From an uncultured virus (IMG/VR IMGVR_UViG_3300021431_000009) (lineage: Duplodnaviria > Heunggongvirae > Uroviricota > Caudoviricetes): 64,000 bases of DNA. The DNA lies in IMG/VR virus record IMGVR_UViG_3300021431_000009. One strand, written 5' to 3'. The notes beneath the pieces are model-generated. The model saw only the letters and a program-made list of their open reading frames with translations, ran no database searches and was not told the DNA's origin. Each line of letters starts with the position of its first letter. Position 1 is the first letter of the stretch. Position numbers and translations under genes: made by a program. Positions 47,113-56,352 of the stretch are shown here, in pieces.

Positions 47113-48010
47113 AGCAGTTTGTTTCTTCTCGGCTTCTTCATCGAGCGACTTCCAACAGTTATACGACTTTGGAGTTCGGGAATCCCTTGTATCTTATTTC
47201 TATATCAAGAAGTCTTTGTCATATTGGGATAGGATGCTACCTAAATGGAAAGAGGAGGGTGGCATCTTTATGACAGACTCAGGCGCTTTCTCTTTTATGG
47301 GAATGTTCCATGAGGGTACTCCCGAATATGACAAAATGAGTACGGAGGAATTTTGGCTCCCATACCTTGAAGAGTATGTTGCTTGGTTACGCGCACATAA
47401 GGATTATATCTTTTGTGCAGCTAACCTTGATATTGATAAGCTCGTTGGTTATGAGATTGTTGATAAATGGAATAAGCACTACTTTGAGCCTCTTGAAAAA
47501 GAGACGGGAATCCAGATTGTCTATGTTGCCCATGAAATTGAACACGATTGGCAGTTCATTCGTAGATTCAAGGAGTATTGTCAGAAGTATCATTACGTAG
47601 GAGCCAACCAAACTCACAAGAAAAAATCGGGCCAGATATTCCAGATGGTTAAGCAGTACAATGTAAGGGTTCATGGCTTTGCGTGGACTGATTTACCTTT
47701 ATTGCGAAAACACCCATTCTTCTCCGTGGACTCAGTTACGTGGCTGGGTGGTATGCGTTTCGGTATCACTTATGACTTTGACGGTAAGAACTTTCGTTCT
47801 ATTGAATCTAAGAAGAAGTACATTCGTAAGGTACGTAAAGTTAGGTATCAGGAAGAGGGCCTTGACGTTGAGGGAATCAATAATGAAAACCGAATTGCTA
47901 TTAACCAGATGAATCTTCTTGGTTGGATGGGATTTCGTAGTGAGTACCTTAAAGTAGCAAATCTTAAATTACATAACAAGCCAGTAAGTTATTATGAAAG
48001 AAAGTGTTGA
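47024..48010 (+). CDS. TGT/DpdA-like transglycosylase, putative DNA 7-deazaguanine insertase
   Basis: FMTDSGAFS, ANLDID, VHGFA, SVDSVTW TIM-barrel motifs; adjacent to queC. Confidence 0.7.
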   Translation: MPKRTPVPTKRSIYSTSRKPSRSYDSSKNKAVCFFSASSSSDFQQLYDFGVRESLVSYFYIKKSLSYWDRMLPKWKEEGGIFMTDSGAFSFMGMFHEGTPEYDKMSTEEFWLPYLEEYVAWLRAHKDYIFCAANLDIDKLVGYEIVDKWNKHYFEPLEKETGIQIVYVAHEIEHDWQFIRRFKEYCQKYHYVGANQTHKKKSGQIFQMVKQYNVRVHGFAWTDLPLLRKHPFFSVDSVTWLGGMRFGITYDFDGKNFRSIESKKKYIRKVRKVRYQEEGLDVEGINNENRIAINQMNLLGWMGFRSEYLKVANLKLHNKPVSYYERKC

Positions 48011-48722
48011 GAAAAGAATGAAGCTCGTTCGTGATGCAGAGGATTCTGAAGCCCTCAAGAAGCATCTTTGTCCATTCTTTGAGAAAGGAGGACACCCGGA
48101 TTGCGTTACTTGCAGGCGAACAGAATCAGATCTTGACGAATGTCGTGACTACTACCTTGAGCGCATTGCACTGAATCCAATGGATATTTGGTGTGAGGAC
48201 TTTGACAAGTTACTTGTTCAGAAACGTGACAAGGTTGACCTTGAGGATGTTGTTGGTATTGGTATCAATTGCGACTCTTGCTATATGTCGGACAAATGCC
48301 CATTGTATAAGCGCGGGTATGTTTGCGGTATCAAGTGGGACACCAACAGGCCCAAGACTCCTATGGAGTTCATGGACTTTCTTATCAATGTTCAGTATGA
48401 GCGTGTGAAACGCACGGCGGTATTTGAGAAAATTGATGGAGGTGTTCCAGACGCTAACCTTTCTTCTGAAATGGACAGACTTACTGACTTCATCAATACT
48501 AAGGATGCAATGGGTCGTGAGAAATTTTCCATTAATCTTGAGGCAAGTGGCCCTGCTCGTAATGAAGGTGGTGGTATTCTCTCTAAGATTTTCGGCGGTG
48601 GAAGTGCGACTCCTGCTGTCGCTGCTAAACCTACGGTAGCGTTGCCAACTGAGACTGCTGAATATGTAGAAATTCCTGCTGAACCAGAAAAAGTAAAGAA
48701 GAGAAGACATGAAAACGATTGA
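47994..48722 (+). CDS. Cys-rich protein coupled to the TGT-like gene
   Basis: Two Cys clusters (CPF..CVTC..C; CDSC..CP..C); overlaps previous gene. Confidence 0.6.
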   Translation: MKESVEKRMKLVRDAEDSEALKKHLCPFFEKGGHPDCVTCRRTESDLDECRDYYLERIALNPMDIWCEDFDKLLVQKRDKVDLEDVVGIGINCDSCYMSDKCPLYKRGYVCGIKWDTNRPKTPMEFMDFLINVQYERVKRTAVFEKIDGGVPDANLSSEMDRLTDFINTKDAMGREKFSINLEASGPARNEGGGILSKIFGGGSATPAVAAKPTVALPTETAEYVEIPAEPEKVKKRRHEND

Positions 48723-49035
48723 TGTTAAAAAGCACAAGCGTAAGGGCCGTAATAAGGTTTCCGTTGTGCGAAAACACAAGAGGCTCACTCATAGGGTACA
48801 CAATGGTAGGCGTGAGGTATTCGTTGACGGCTTTTGGAAACACGATGATTACCCTAATGCACCGAAACCCGGATGGTCTTATGAGAGACTTGTGAAAGAG
48901 CGTGCTAATCTTGCAAAAGACTTGGAGGAGGGATTGCATGGCGCACAGATTCTTCCTGCACGTAAATTCGGGTTGCTCACAAGACGAATCAAGAAGATAG
49001 ACCGTATCTTAAAGAAAAAGAGACCCACAGAGTGA
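48709..49035 (+). CDS. Small basic protein, paralog of 3420..3665
   Basis: VKKHKRKGRNKVSVVRKHKR. Confidence 0.7.
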   Translation: MKTIDVKKHKRKGRNKVSVVRKHKRLTHRVHNGRREVFVDGFWKHDDYPNAPKPGWSYERLVKERANLAKDLEEGLHGAQILPARKFGLLTRRIKKIDRILKKKRPTE

Positions 49036-49067
49036 TTTGTGGGTTTCAATTTTTCTTTGTATATTTA
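49036..49067 (+). promoter_or_regulatory. Bacteroidota-type promoter (TATATTTA variant)
   Basis: GAGTGA-TTTG-N20-TATATTTA. Confidence 0.7.
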
Positions 49068-49089
49068 CACTATATTAAATTGATAATGT

Positions 49090-49557
49090 ATGAACGAAGG
49101 TATTAAGAGTTTGGCTCCCTCATTGGTGGGCAGCTCAATTGATTTCAGTTTCAGAAAGAAGGTCTCGGATGCCACACCCATTGATGAAAACATAGCATCT
49201 GAGAAAAAGCGTATCAGGAGAAATGTTGAGGCAGCTTTTGAAGCGGGTGGCAATTTGTGTGTCACTCTCTTGGCTGAAATGACATCTTTTTACTCTAAGG
49301 AAATTTACTATATGGCTGTAAGAGGTTCTATTGAAATGCGTAGATACCGGCCTCTTGTACTTGAATACCTTGAGAAGAGCGTTGAGGAGCGCATGGAACA
49401 TCTTATTGAGTTACTTTCTGAGAAACCAAAATGGCGCGGTGAAGATAATCGTGATGTGAAAGTTGAGGCCGTAAGGTATTTCCTCTCTACTTATACAGGA
49501 CGTATAAAGTTCTTTAAGCCCTATCTTACTAAAGAAGAATATATGATTGTGGTATGA
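49090..49557 (+). CDS. Hypothetical protein
   Basis: 155 aa behind promoter. Confidence 0.55.
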   Translation: MNEGIKSLAPSLVGSSIDFSFRKKVSDATPIDENIASEKKRIRRNVEAAFEAGGNLCVTLLAEMTSFYSKEIYYMAVRGSIEMRRYRPLVLEYLEKSVEERMEHLIELLSEKPKWRGEDNRDVKVEAVRYFLSTYTGRIKFFKPYLTKEEYMIVV

Positions 49558-49742
49558 CTAAGGTCATAGATATTGCAGAGAATACTCCGCACAAGGTATC
49601 TGTGGTTATTTGCCTTGGATGCCTAAAGAGGTTTGTTTCCGTTAGACCAGTGAAGACGCTATTAAAAGACCTTGAATGTCCACAATGCCACAAGCGAGGT
49701 TTTGTAATTGAAACAGGTGAAACAATAGACGAAGAGACATGA
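49554..49742 (+). CDS. Small zinc-ribbon protein
   Basis: CLGC...CPQC. Confidence 0.6.
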   Translation: MTKVIDIAENTPHKVSVVICLGCLKRFVSVRPVKTLLKDLECPQCHKRGFVIETGETIDEET

Positions 49743-50202
49743 AGACAGTATTTTTCCTTTTGGGCAATGTAATCTTTACAAAAGAGAACGCGCCTACTCC
49801 GAGAGCTGGGGACTTTGTTGCTTATGCAGGCAAACAATATGAGGTCCTGGCAGTAGTGTATGACTACATGATAAATACCATAAAGGTTTACCTCAAGAGT
49901 TAATGGTAGAACTGACAAAAGACAAGAAATCGCCAACGTGGATAATAACCACAACGGACAGCGAGGGTTTTCATCGTCAGATTAATCTTACACGAGAGGA
50001 GCTTGATGCTCTTGTTGTCCTATGGAGTAATACTTGCAAAGATGACATTCACATTACATATCACAGTAAACACCAATAAGGAGGCTATCAAGCATAAGCT
50101 CATGGAAGAGGTTGCTCTTTATTTGAAGAGGAACGGCTATAAGTTTGATGTTGGATTTGACCCTAACGAATTAGATATTGATAAATTAGGAAAGGCATAA
50201 TT

Positions 50203-50916
50203 ATGTTAGCAGTAAACACAATTTACCCCGCATTTATGGGAGAAGTCAATTGTCACGGTATCGGGGTTCCGTGTACGTTTGTAAGATTGGCTGGATGTAA
50301 TCTCCGTTGTTACTTTAAGACCAAGGGAACTCTTTGCGATACTCCAGAGGCTCTTGAAAGAAAAAGTGGTCGTTCAATGACCGAGGTTGAGATATTGAAG
50401 ACGGTACAGAACCTCAAACGTAAGGTGGTGTGCCTTACAGGAGGAGAGCCACTCATGCAGGATGTGTCGTTGCTCCTTGAGCTTTTGTCCTATAATGGGT
50501 TCTACACGGTTATAGAGACTAACGGCTCAGTCAATATTGATGGTTATCGTTATTACAAGAACGTTAGCTTTGTCATTGACTACAAGAGTAAATCATCAGG
50601 TGAAAAGGAGAAGATGATTGCTAAGAATTGGGGTCTCATGGATAAGGATGATTACATTAAATTTGTAATTGATACTGAAGAAGACTACGTTGAGGCTAAG
50701 ATGTGGATGGGTTCCAACCTTAATTTCAAAGGTAACATTGCTTTTGGATTATTTTGGGGTGCCGAAGTAGGCTATCAGCAGCTCATTCAGATGATGATTA
50801 AGGACAAGCTCAATCATGTGTTCCTTAATATGCAGACGCATAAAATGGCTTGCTTGTATGATGATTTTAGGGGAAATGATGTATTTAAGAAAATTTTTAT
50901 CCCGAAAAATTTGTAG
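50203..50916 (+). CDS. queE: QueE-like radical SAM 7-carboxy-7-deazaguanine synthase
   Basis: FVRLAGCNLRC...CDT, LTGGEPL, IETNGS, QTHK. Confidence 0.85.
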   Translation: MLAVNTIYPAFMGEVNCHGIGVPCTFVRLAGCNLRCYFKTKGTLCDTPEALERKSGRSMTEVEILKTVQNLKRKVVCLTGGEPLMQDVSLLLELLSYNGFYTVIETNGSVNIDGYRYYKNVSFVIDYKSKSSGEKEKMIAKNWGLMDKDDYIKFVIDTEEDYVEAKMWMGSNLNFKGNIAFGLFWGAEVGYQQLIQMMIKDKLNHVFLNMQTHKMACLYDDFRGNDVFKKIFIPKNL

Positions 50917-50940
50917 TTTATGATTTTTTGCGTATCTTTG
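50910..50940 (+). promoter_or_regulatory. Bacteroidota-type promoter (TATCTTTG class)
   Basis: TTTG-N19-TATCTTTG. Confidence 0.8.
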
Positions 50941-50985
50941 CAGCGGACAACTTCGCGAAGTGTAACAATTTAAATTAGAAACAAA

Positions 50986-51219
50986 ATGGCAAAAATTACG
51001 AACCTCACGATTCTTAATCCAGCTGATAAGACTCGTATGTTTTCGGTTGCAACAGGTAAAGGTGCCGTTGCTGATGCAGATGACCCCATCGTAACTAACG
51101 TAAAGGATTTCCCCATCGGTTCGCAGTACACGGATGTCACGAACAAGAAGTTCTACGTCCGCACTGCCAGTGCTAAGGCGGCTGCTGACTGGACTTTGGT
51201 CGGTCCTGCTGGCGCGTAA
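50986..51219 (+). CDS. Small putative virion decoration/fibre protein
   Basis: 77 aa; PIGSQYTD...FYV...ADW motif seen in fibre-associated domains; own promoter and terminator. Confidence 0.55.
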   Translation: MAKITNLTILNPADKTRMFSVATGKGAVADADDPIVTNVKDFPIGSQYTDVTNKKFYVRTASAKAAADWTLVGPAGA

Positions 51220-51240
51220 GGTCTAAGGCAAAACAAAACG

Positions 51241-51285
51241 GAGGCGGACTATATCATAGAAACGTGGTGTAGTCTGCCTTTAATT
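51241..51285 (+). terminator. Rho-independent terminator
   Basis: GGAGGCGGACTATATCAT/GTGGTGTAGTCTGCCTTT. Confidence 0.7.
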
Positions 51286-51311
51286 ATTTATTCACTTTAA
51301 GTTATTCGACT

Positions 51312-54300
51312 ATGATTTTTCAGCAAATATTAAATAAAGACTCAGGTCTTTCTACACGAGCAAAACTGAACTCGATGCTCTCCGCGCTGATTCAGAGTGA
51401 CGAGGGTGTTAATGCCGTGTGGGTATTCTTGAAGTCTCTCGAACAGGCCATGCAGACTCTCTCCAGCAAAGAGAGCAATGACGTGGCTGATTTGAGAGAC
51501 AGCCTTTCAGGAGCAAATGACTATACTGACAAGGCAGTGAACAAACTCTACACTTACGTCGATGCAATGAACGGCGGTGTAGGAGGTCTCATTGATTCTA
51601 CTTCTTACGACCCATCAGGTCTTCCTACTGACAAGCCTTGTACGCTCATTGCTTTGGGTTCGGGTACATTTACCAACTTGAAGGACGTGAACAATACGGC
51701 TATCACGGTATCACAGTCTAATTCTATCACGGTATTCTTCCGTGCGGCTCACATTACATATTGGAACTACAAGACTGAGGTTCTGACTGCACCGCCTATG
51801 GATGATACTCCTACAAATGGCAATACTACTCATGTTGTTAGCAGTGACGGTGTTTATGACTTCGTAATGGCGCATGGTATCGACAATGTTGATGTTGCTG
51901 ACGTAACCGGTTCCGACTATTTGAAGGACCGTATCGTATATTCGATGCGTAAGAACATGGGTACTGTTTCTGAACCAGACTATGAGATTATAGCTGAGTT
52001 CACCATTCCCATCGCTACAGCTACCAAGGCAGGTTTGATGCCGGCTTATATTGATGGCGTGTTTGATGTCAACAGATATGTGGGTAGCAACACTCCGTAT
52101 GATTCACTTTCTCAGGTACTCAATAACGCTGCGACACTGATTCCAACGGCTGTTCGCAGAGGTGGTATGAGCATCAAGTTCATACAGAGTTCTGACAATA
52201 AGTATGTGCAGTATCGCTACATGGGTAACTCGATTGCTAATGCAGACTTCACTAATACTGATAATTGGCAAGGAGTTGACGATGAACCTACTGCTGGAAG
52301 TAATAATCTGGTTAAGAGCGGTGGAATAATGCCAAAGGTTTCAGCACTTATTGCAGAACCGCTTGTAAATAATAAACTCTATATTCCTGGTGACTTTGTT
52401 GCTTACAATGGTACTATATTAAAGAATATTAGTCCAAGTATAGGTTATTATACTGCATCAAAATGGAGTAACGCAACAGCTACAGATGTTATAGATACTT
52501 TATATCTTCCTAAAATAGTTCCAGGTGGGAAAAACATTCTTGACCCACGTTTTTTATCGAGTGGCATTCAATTTAATAGTGCAGATGGCACATTTGCTGG
52601 CAATAGCAATTATAAATCTTATGTTTGTCTTCCAGTAAATGGTGGTGAAACGATAACACTTAGCCTTAACTATGGTGCGGGCTATTGGGTTGAATATGAT
52701 AGTAATAGAAATGTTATTAAAACAACACAAAAAGCATCAGGAGTCAATACGCTAACACTTGATAGTAACACTGCATTTATCTCATTTTCTATTGCATCTA
52801 ATGACTCTAATGTCATATTAACTTATTCTTCAACAACAGTGCCTTATGAGGATTTTTATCCTGTAGTTGATAAATCTTGGATTCCGAGAACTGATGATGT
52901 TGTAGCAATTCTAAATAGACTTGGTATTGTTGAAGATAATAACGTACTGAGACTAAGTTTGACAAGTGGAAAAAATCTTTTTGATAAGAGTAAGGGCTTT
53001 TATCAAGGATTTTTATATGCAACATCTGCAATAGATTTTAATACTAAACCTTACATAAGTGGAACTTATTGCAATACTCCACCTATTCCAGTACAAGGAG
53101 GTGAGAAAGTTACTTTGTCAAGTACCGCCCAATTGAACAATGTTTTCAATGTGCAGTATGATGCTAATGGCAATGTACTCACTGGTACAGCAAGTGATGA
53201 TGCACATAAGACAATTCAACTTCACGAAGATGCCGCATATATAAGATGCAGTCTAAAATACTCCGAATCTGCCAATTTCCAAGTTGAGTATGGTACCGCA
53301 TCTACGGAATATGAAGAGTATAGAGTTGTTGTTGCTGAGGAGGGATTGACTCCTACGGTAGAAGATATTGTGAATAAAAAATACAAAATAGCATCTTTTA
53401 AGGACTATCCTATTGGAAGAAATTTGTATAACAAAGCAAATGTAAGAAACAATCCACTTTATAGTGCTACCGCTCCTATGAGTGATGGCATTCCATATAT
53501 TAGTGGCACATACTGTTCCACCAATCTTATCCCAGTTTTCGGTGGTAGAGATGTAATTGTTAATTATAATGGTACAACTAACAGTACATATACTATTGCT
53601 TATGATGTAGATGGCAATATTGTTTTGGCTCTTCAGAACACTGCTGCTAACGCTAAATTCAAGCTACCAGAAACTGCTGCATGGCTAAGGGTTTCCTTCA
53701 AATACAGTGATAACGATGTACTACAGATTGAATATGGTACAGTTTCTACTGGCTATGAAAGTTATATTGGTGGAAGTTTTATTGATTATACGCAATTATA
53801 CTCAAAATGGGTTAATGATATTGTAAGCAAGCAAGTAGATGCAGAATTTATTTGTCCTTCCCGACTTTACGCTATGGCAGGCAAAAACAATCTGCTATAC
53901 TACAGACAGATGATTATTGGTGATTGTAATGTTCCAGTATCTCTTAGCCAAACTTCATTACTTAGGCTTTACAAAGAATATATACGTGTCTATGATGCCG
54001 CTGCAAAAAATATCACTACTACAATATCCACAAGAGGTACAATGTACCAAGGCAGAACAGCTGTTGCTTGTAAGAATGTAGTAGCACCTGCATCTGAGAA
54101 GACAATAAAGATACTTCCAATAGGCGATAGTATGACAGATTTGGGGTATTATGAAACTTGGCTTAAAGAATATCTTGGCGATGATAATGTAAATGTTGAA
54201 TATATAGGGAGCAAGGGCAATCCACCTATTATCTATGAAGCACTTAGCGGCGGTAATCTTAGTTGGATAACCGCAGACAAAGGTGCTGCATATATTGTTG

Positions 54301-55118
54301 AAGTATCTAACATGGATGCCTATCCGCACACGGGATATGGCCCAGTAACATATAAGGATAGTAATAATGTAGTGTGGGAATGTAAGGGAGCAAAACTTAC
54401 TCTAAGTGAGGGTAAATATTCAGGTAAACTAAAATTTGCCATATTCAACAGTGATGGAACTCCTGTTGACCATGCTGTTATTCCTGCAAGTGGTATTCTA
54501 ACAAAAGCAAATAGTAAGGCAGGTGATGCAACTATATCATATAGCAACGCAGTAGAGGTAAATTATAATCCTTTTTGGAATATTAACGATAGTGTTATTG
54601 ATATAGATAATTATCTCGCTAAATGGGGCTTCGATACACCAGATGTCATACTTATGCAATTTGGGTATAATGAGGGAATGTCGGATAGTGCCATGCTTAG
54701 ATATGCTATAACAGCTACTTCTCGTGCAAAAGCATTTATTGATTCCGTACATCAGCAGTTACCTAACTGTAAGATAATCTTTGGTGTAGAACCTTATGGT
54801 GCGGAAGTGTCTCATGTGTTTGGTCAAGGTGCAATTGGAACTAAAAAAGATTTTATGAACCAGTTTATGAAGCAGATGATAGCAACATTTGACAATGCAA
54901 CTTATAGTTTCGTTTATCTTGTTCCTACTTATGGAAAGATGAGTACTACCTATGGCTACGGAGCTTTAATACAACAGAATTTCTCCGTCTATCAAGATGC
55001 AAATATAACAACTTTGCAACAAGGGTTAGATGGTGTGCATCCACCTTATGACTACGGAGCAAAAGAAATGGCTTTGGGCTATGAGCCTGTTGTTGTAGAA
55101 ATAGCAAATTCGTTGTAA
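51312..55118 (+). CDS. Large receptor-binding/fibre-like protein with three beta-sandwich repeats and C-terminal SGNH hydrolase
   Basis: 1268 aa; repeats starting GKNILD/GKNLFD/GRNLYN; IGDSMT ... FGYNE ... DGVHP SGNH blocks. Confidence 0.7.
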   Translation: MIFQQILNKDSGLSTRAKLNSMLSALIQSDEGVNAVWVFLKSLEQAMQTLSSKESNDVADLRDSLSGANDYTDKAVNKLYTYVDAMNGGVGGLIDSTSYDPSGLPTDKPCTLIALGSGTFTNLKDVNNTAITVSQSNSITVFFRAAHITYWNYKTEVLTAPPMDDTPTNGNTTHVVSSDGVYDFVMAHGIDNVDVADVTGSDYLKDRIVYSMRKNMGTVSEPDYEIIAEFTIPIATATKAGLMPAYIDGVFDVNRYVGSNTPYDSLSQVLNNAATLIPTAVRRGGMSIKFIQSSDNKYVQYRYMGNSIANADFTNTDNWQGVDDEPTAGSNNLVKSGGIMPKVSALIAEPLVNNKLYIPGDFVAYNGTILKNISPSIGYYTASKWSNATATDVIDTLYLPKIVPGGKNILDPRFLSSGIQFNSADGTFAGNSNYKSYVCLPVNGGETITLSLNYGAGYWVEYDSNRNVIKTTQKASGVNTLTLDSNTAFISFSIASNDSNVILTYSSTTVPYEDFYPVVDKSWIPRTDDVVAILNRLGIVEDNNVLRLSLTSGKNLFDKSKGFYQGFLYATSAIDFNTKPYISGTYCNTPPIPVQGGEKVTLSSTAQLNNVFNVQYDANGNVLTGTASDDAHKTIQLHEDAAYIRCSLKYSESANFQVEYGTASTEYEEYRVVVAEEGLTPTVEDIVNKKYKIASFKDYPIGRNLYNKANVRNNPLYSATAPMSDGIPYISGTYCSTNLIPVFGGRDVIVNYNGTTNSTYTIAYDVDGNIVLALQNTAANAKFKLPETAAWLRVSFKYSDNDVLQIEYGTVSTGYESYIGGSFIDYTQLYSKWVNDIVSKQVDAEFICPSRLYAMAGKNNLLYYRQMIIGDCNVPVSLSQTSLLRLYKEYIRVYDAAAKNITTTISTRGTMYQGRTAVACKNVVAPASEKTIKILPIGDSMTDLGYYETWLKEYLGDDNVNVEYIGSKGNPPIIYEALSGGNLSWITADKGAAYIVEVSNMDAYPHTGYGPVTYKDSNNVVWECKGAKLTLSEGKYSGKLKFAIFNSDGTPVDHAVIPASGILTKANSKAGDATISYSNAVEVNYNPFWNINDSVIDIDNYLAKWGFDTPDVILMQFGYNEGMSDSAMLRYAITATSRAKAFIDSVHQQLPNCKIIFGVEPYGAEVSHVFGQGAIGTKKDFMNQFMKQMIATFDNATYSFVYLVPTYGKMSTTYGYGALIQQNFSVYQDANITTLQQGLDGVHPPYDYGAKEMALGYEPVVVEIANSL

Positions 55119-55146
55119 ATATAGTTATTGTAAAAACTCACTACAT

Positions 55147-55185
55147 AAGAGAGGGAAGTTTTAAGGCTCCCCTCTCTTTGTTTTT
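55147..55185 (+). terminator. Rho-independent terminator
   Basis: AAGAGAGGG../..CCCTCTCTT followed by TGTTTTT. Confidence 0.75.
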
Positions 55186-55190
55186 GAGGA

Positions 55191-55222
55191 TTTGGAACTT
55201 TCAAAATTAATTTGTATCTTTG
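55191..55222 (+). promoter_or_regulatory. Bacteroidota-type promoter (TATCTTTG class)
   Basis: TTTG-N20-TATCTTTG. Confidence 0.8.
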
Positions 55223-55256
55223 CAATGTAATTCCGAATTTCTTAAAGGACACCATA

Positions 55257-56285
55257 ATGGAACAGGACAATAACAAGAAAGATTTCAATGGAGGATTCCG
55301 TGAGTACCTTCAATCGAGTAAGGACAGTATGTTCGTTTTGGACTTGAGCGAATGTACGGTTATTGAGTGTGTCAATAAGATGTGCGAAATCAAGGAGCGT
55401 TCCCACCCGAAAATCAGGAGCAACTATCAGATGCTGATTAATAAGCTGACAAGTCTTGAGGAGCAATTCGGTTGTACCATTATGCCGGCAATGATTAGCT
55501 CCGTATTTTGGAATCACTTTATTCCGTTCCTTGCCGACCAACACTTAAAGTACTCAACCATTGGTCACGTTAAGACCAGCTTGATTTCGGTCCTTAATTG
55601 GAGTAGCAAGTATGGAGTGAAACTGAATCCGAGTTACTCCGAAGTGGATATTCCGAATTACATTCCGTCTAAGATTTCACTTACTCCAGATGAAATCTCA
55701 CATATCTACCATTTCAAGATAGGCAGGGAGGCATCGTATAGTTTCCGTATGAAGAAGGTTCTTAAAATGCGGAAGAACAAAATCGAGACTCTTGAGAAAG
55801 TACGTGATATGTTTGTATTGGGTTGTAATCTTGGGCAGCGCTATTCTGATTTAGTTCGTATCTCCCCGGAAAACTTTAAGAACGGTCAGTTCTCCATTGT
55901 GCAACAGAAAACAGGTAATAAGTGTTTTGTGCCAATTAACAGCTTGAGTATTGATGCGCGAATTACTTTTGCTATATTGGAGAAGTACAACTACCATGCT
56001 CCATATACGGGTGACATCAATAATTATAATAGCTATTTGCATGAGCTACTCTACCATATCGGTGAAGACTTTCTTGAGGAGGTTCACATTGATAATAAAA
56101 TCAACGGTGTAATTACACGTGAGACTAAGAAGAGGTATCAGCTCATTTCTTCCCACAGCGCAAGACGTTCCTTTGCCACAATTAACACGCTGCGTAATAT
56201 TCCTCGTAGTAAAATTCTGAGGGCCACAGGCCACTCCTCTGAAAAGGCGTTTGTACGCTATATTTGCTATGATGAAGAGTCTTAA
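55257..56285 (+). CDS. Tyrosine recombinase (core-binding + catalytic domains, no evident arm-binding domain)
   Basis: GQRYSD, QQKTG, SHSARRSF, TGHSS, VRYI catalytic residues; ATG 55257. Confidence 0.9.
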   Translation: MEQDNNKKDFNGGFREYLQSSKDSMFVLDLSECTVIECVNKMCEIKERSHPKIRSNYQMLINKLTSLEEQFGCTIMPAMISSVFWNHFIPFLADQHLKYSTIGHVKTSLISVLNWSSKYGVKLNPSYSEVDIPNYIPSKISLTPDEISHIYHFKIGREASYSFRMKKVLKMRKNKIETLEKVRDMFVLGCNLGQRYSDLVRISPENFKNGQFSIVQQKTGNKCFVPINSLSIDARITFAILEKYNYHAPYTGDINNYNSYLHELLYHIGEDFLEEVHIDNKINGVITRETKKRYQLISSHSARRSFATINTLRNIPRSKILRATGHSSEKAFVRYICYDEES

Positions 56286-56291
56286 GCATGA

Positions 56292-56323
56292 TTTGGCGCT
56301 TTCAAAATAAATTGTTATATTTA
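56292..56323 (+). promoter_or_regulatory. Bacteroidota-type promoter (TATATTTA variant)
   Basis: AAGCATGA-TTTG-N20-TATATTTA. Confidence 0.7.
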
Positions 56324-56352
56324 TATCAATAAAAATTTGAAAATCGTACAAA

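Noticed and set aside
51312..56285. Diversity-generating retroelement or invertible shufflon
   Set aside because: No reverse transcriptase, no template/variable repeat pair, and no inverted repeats or reverse-strand alternative C-termini found in the window
55257..56352. Prophage boundary (att site) next to the recombinase
   Set aside because: Phage-type genes and promoters continue on both sides; no direct repeat or host gene block seen
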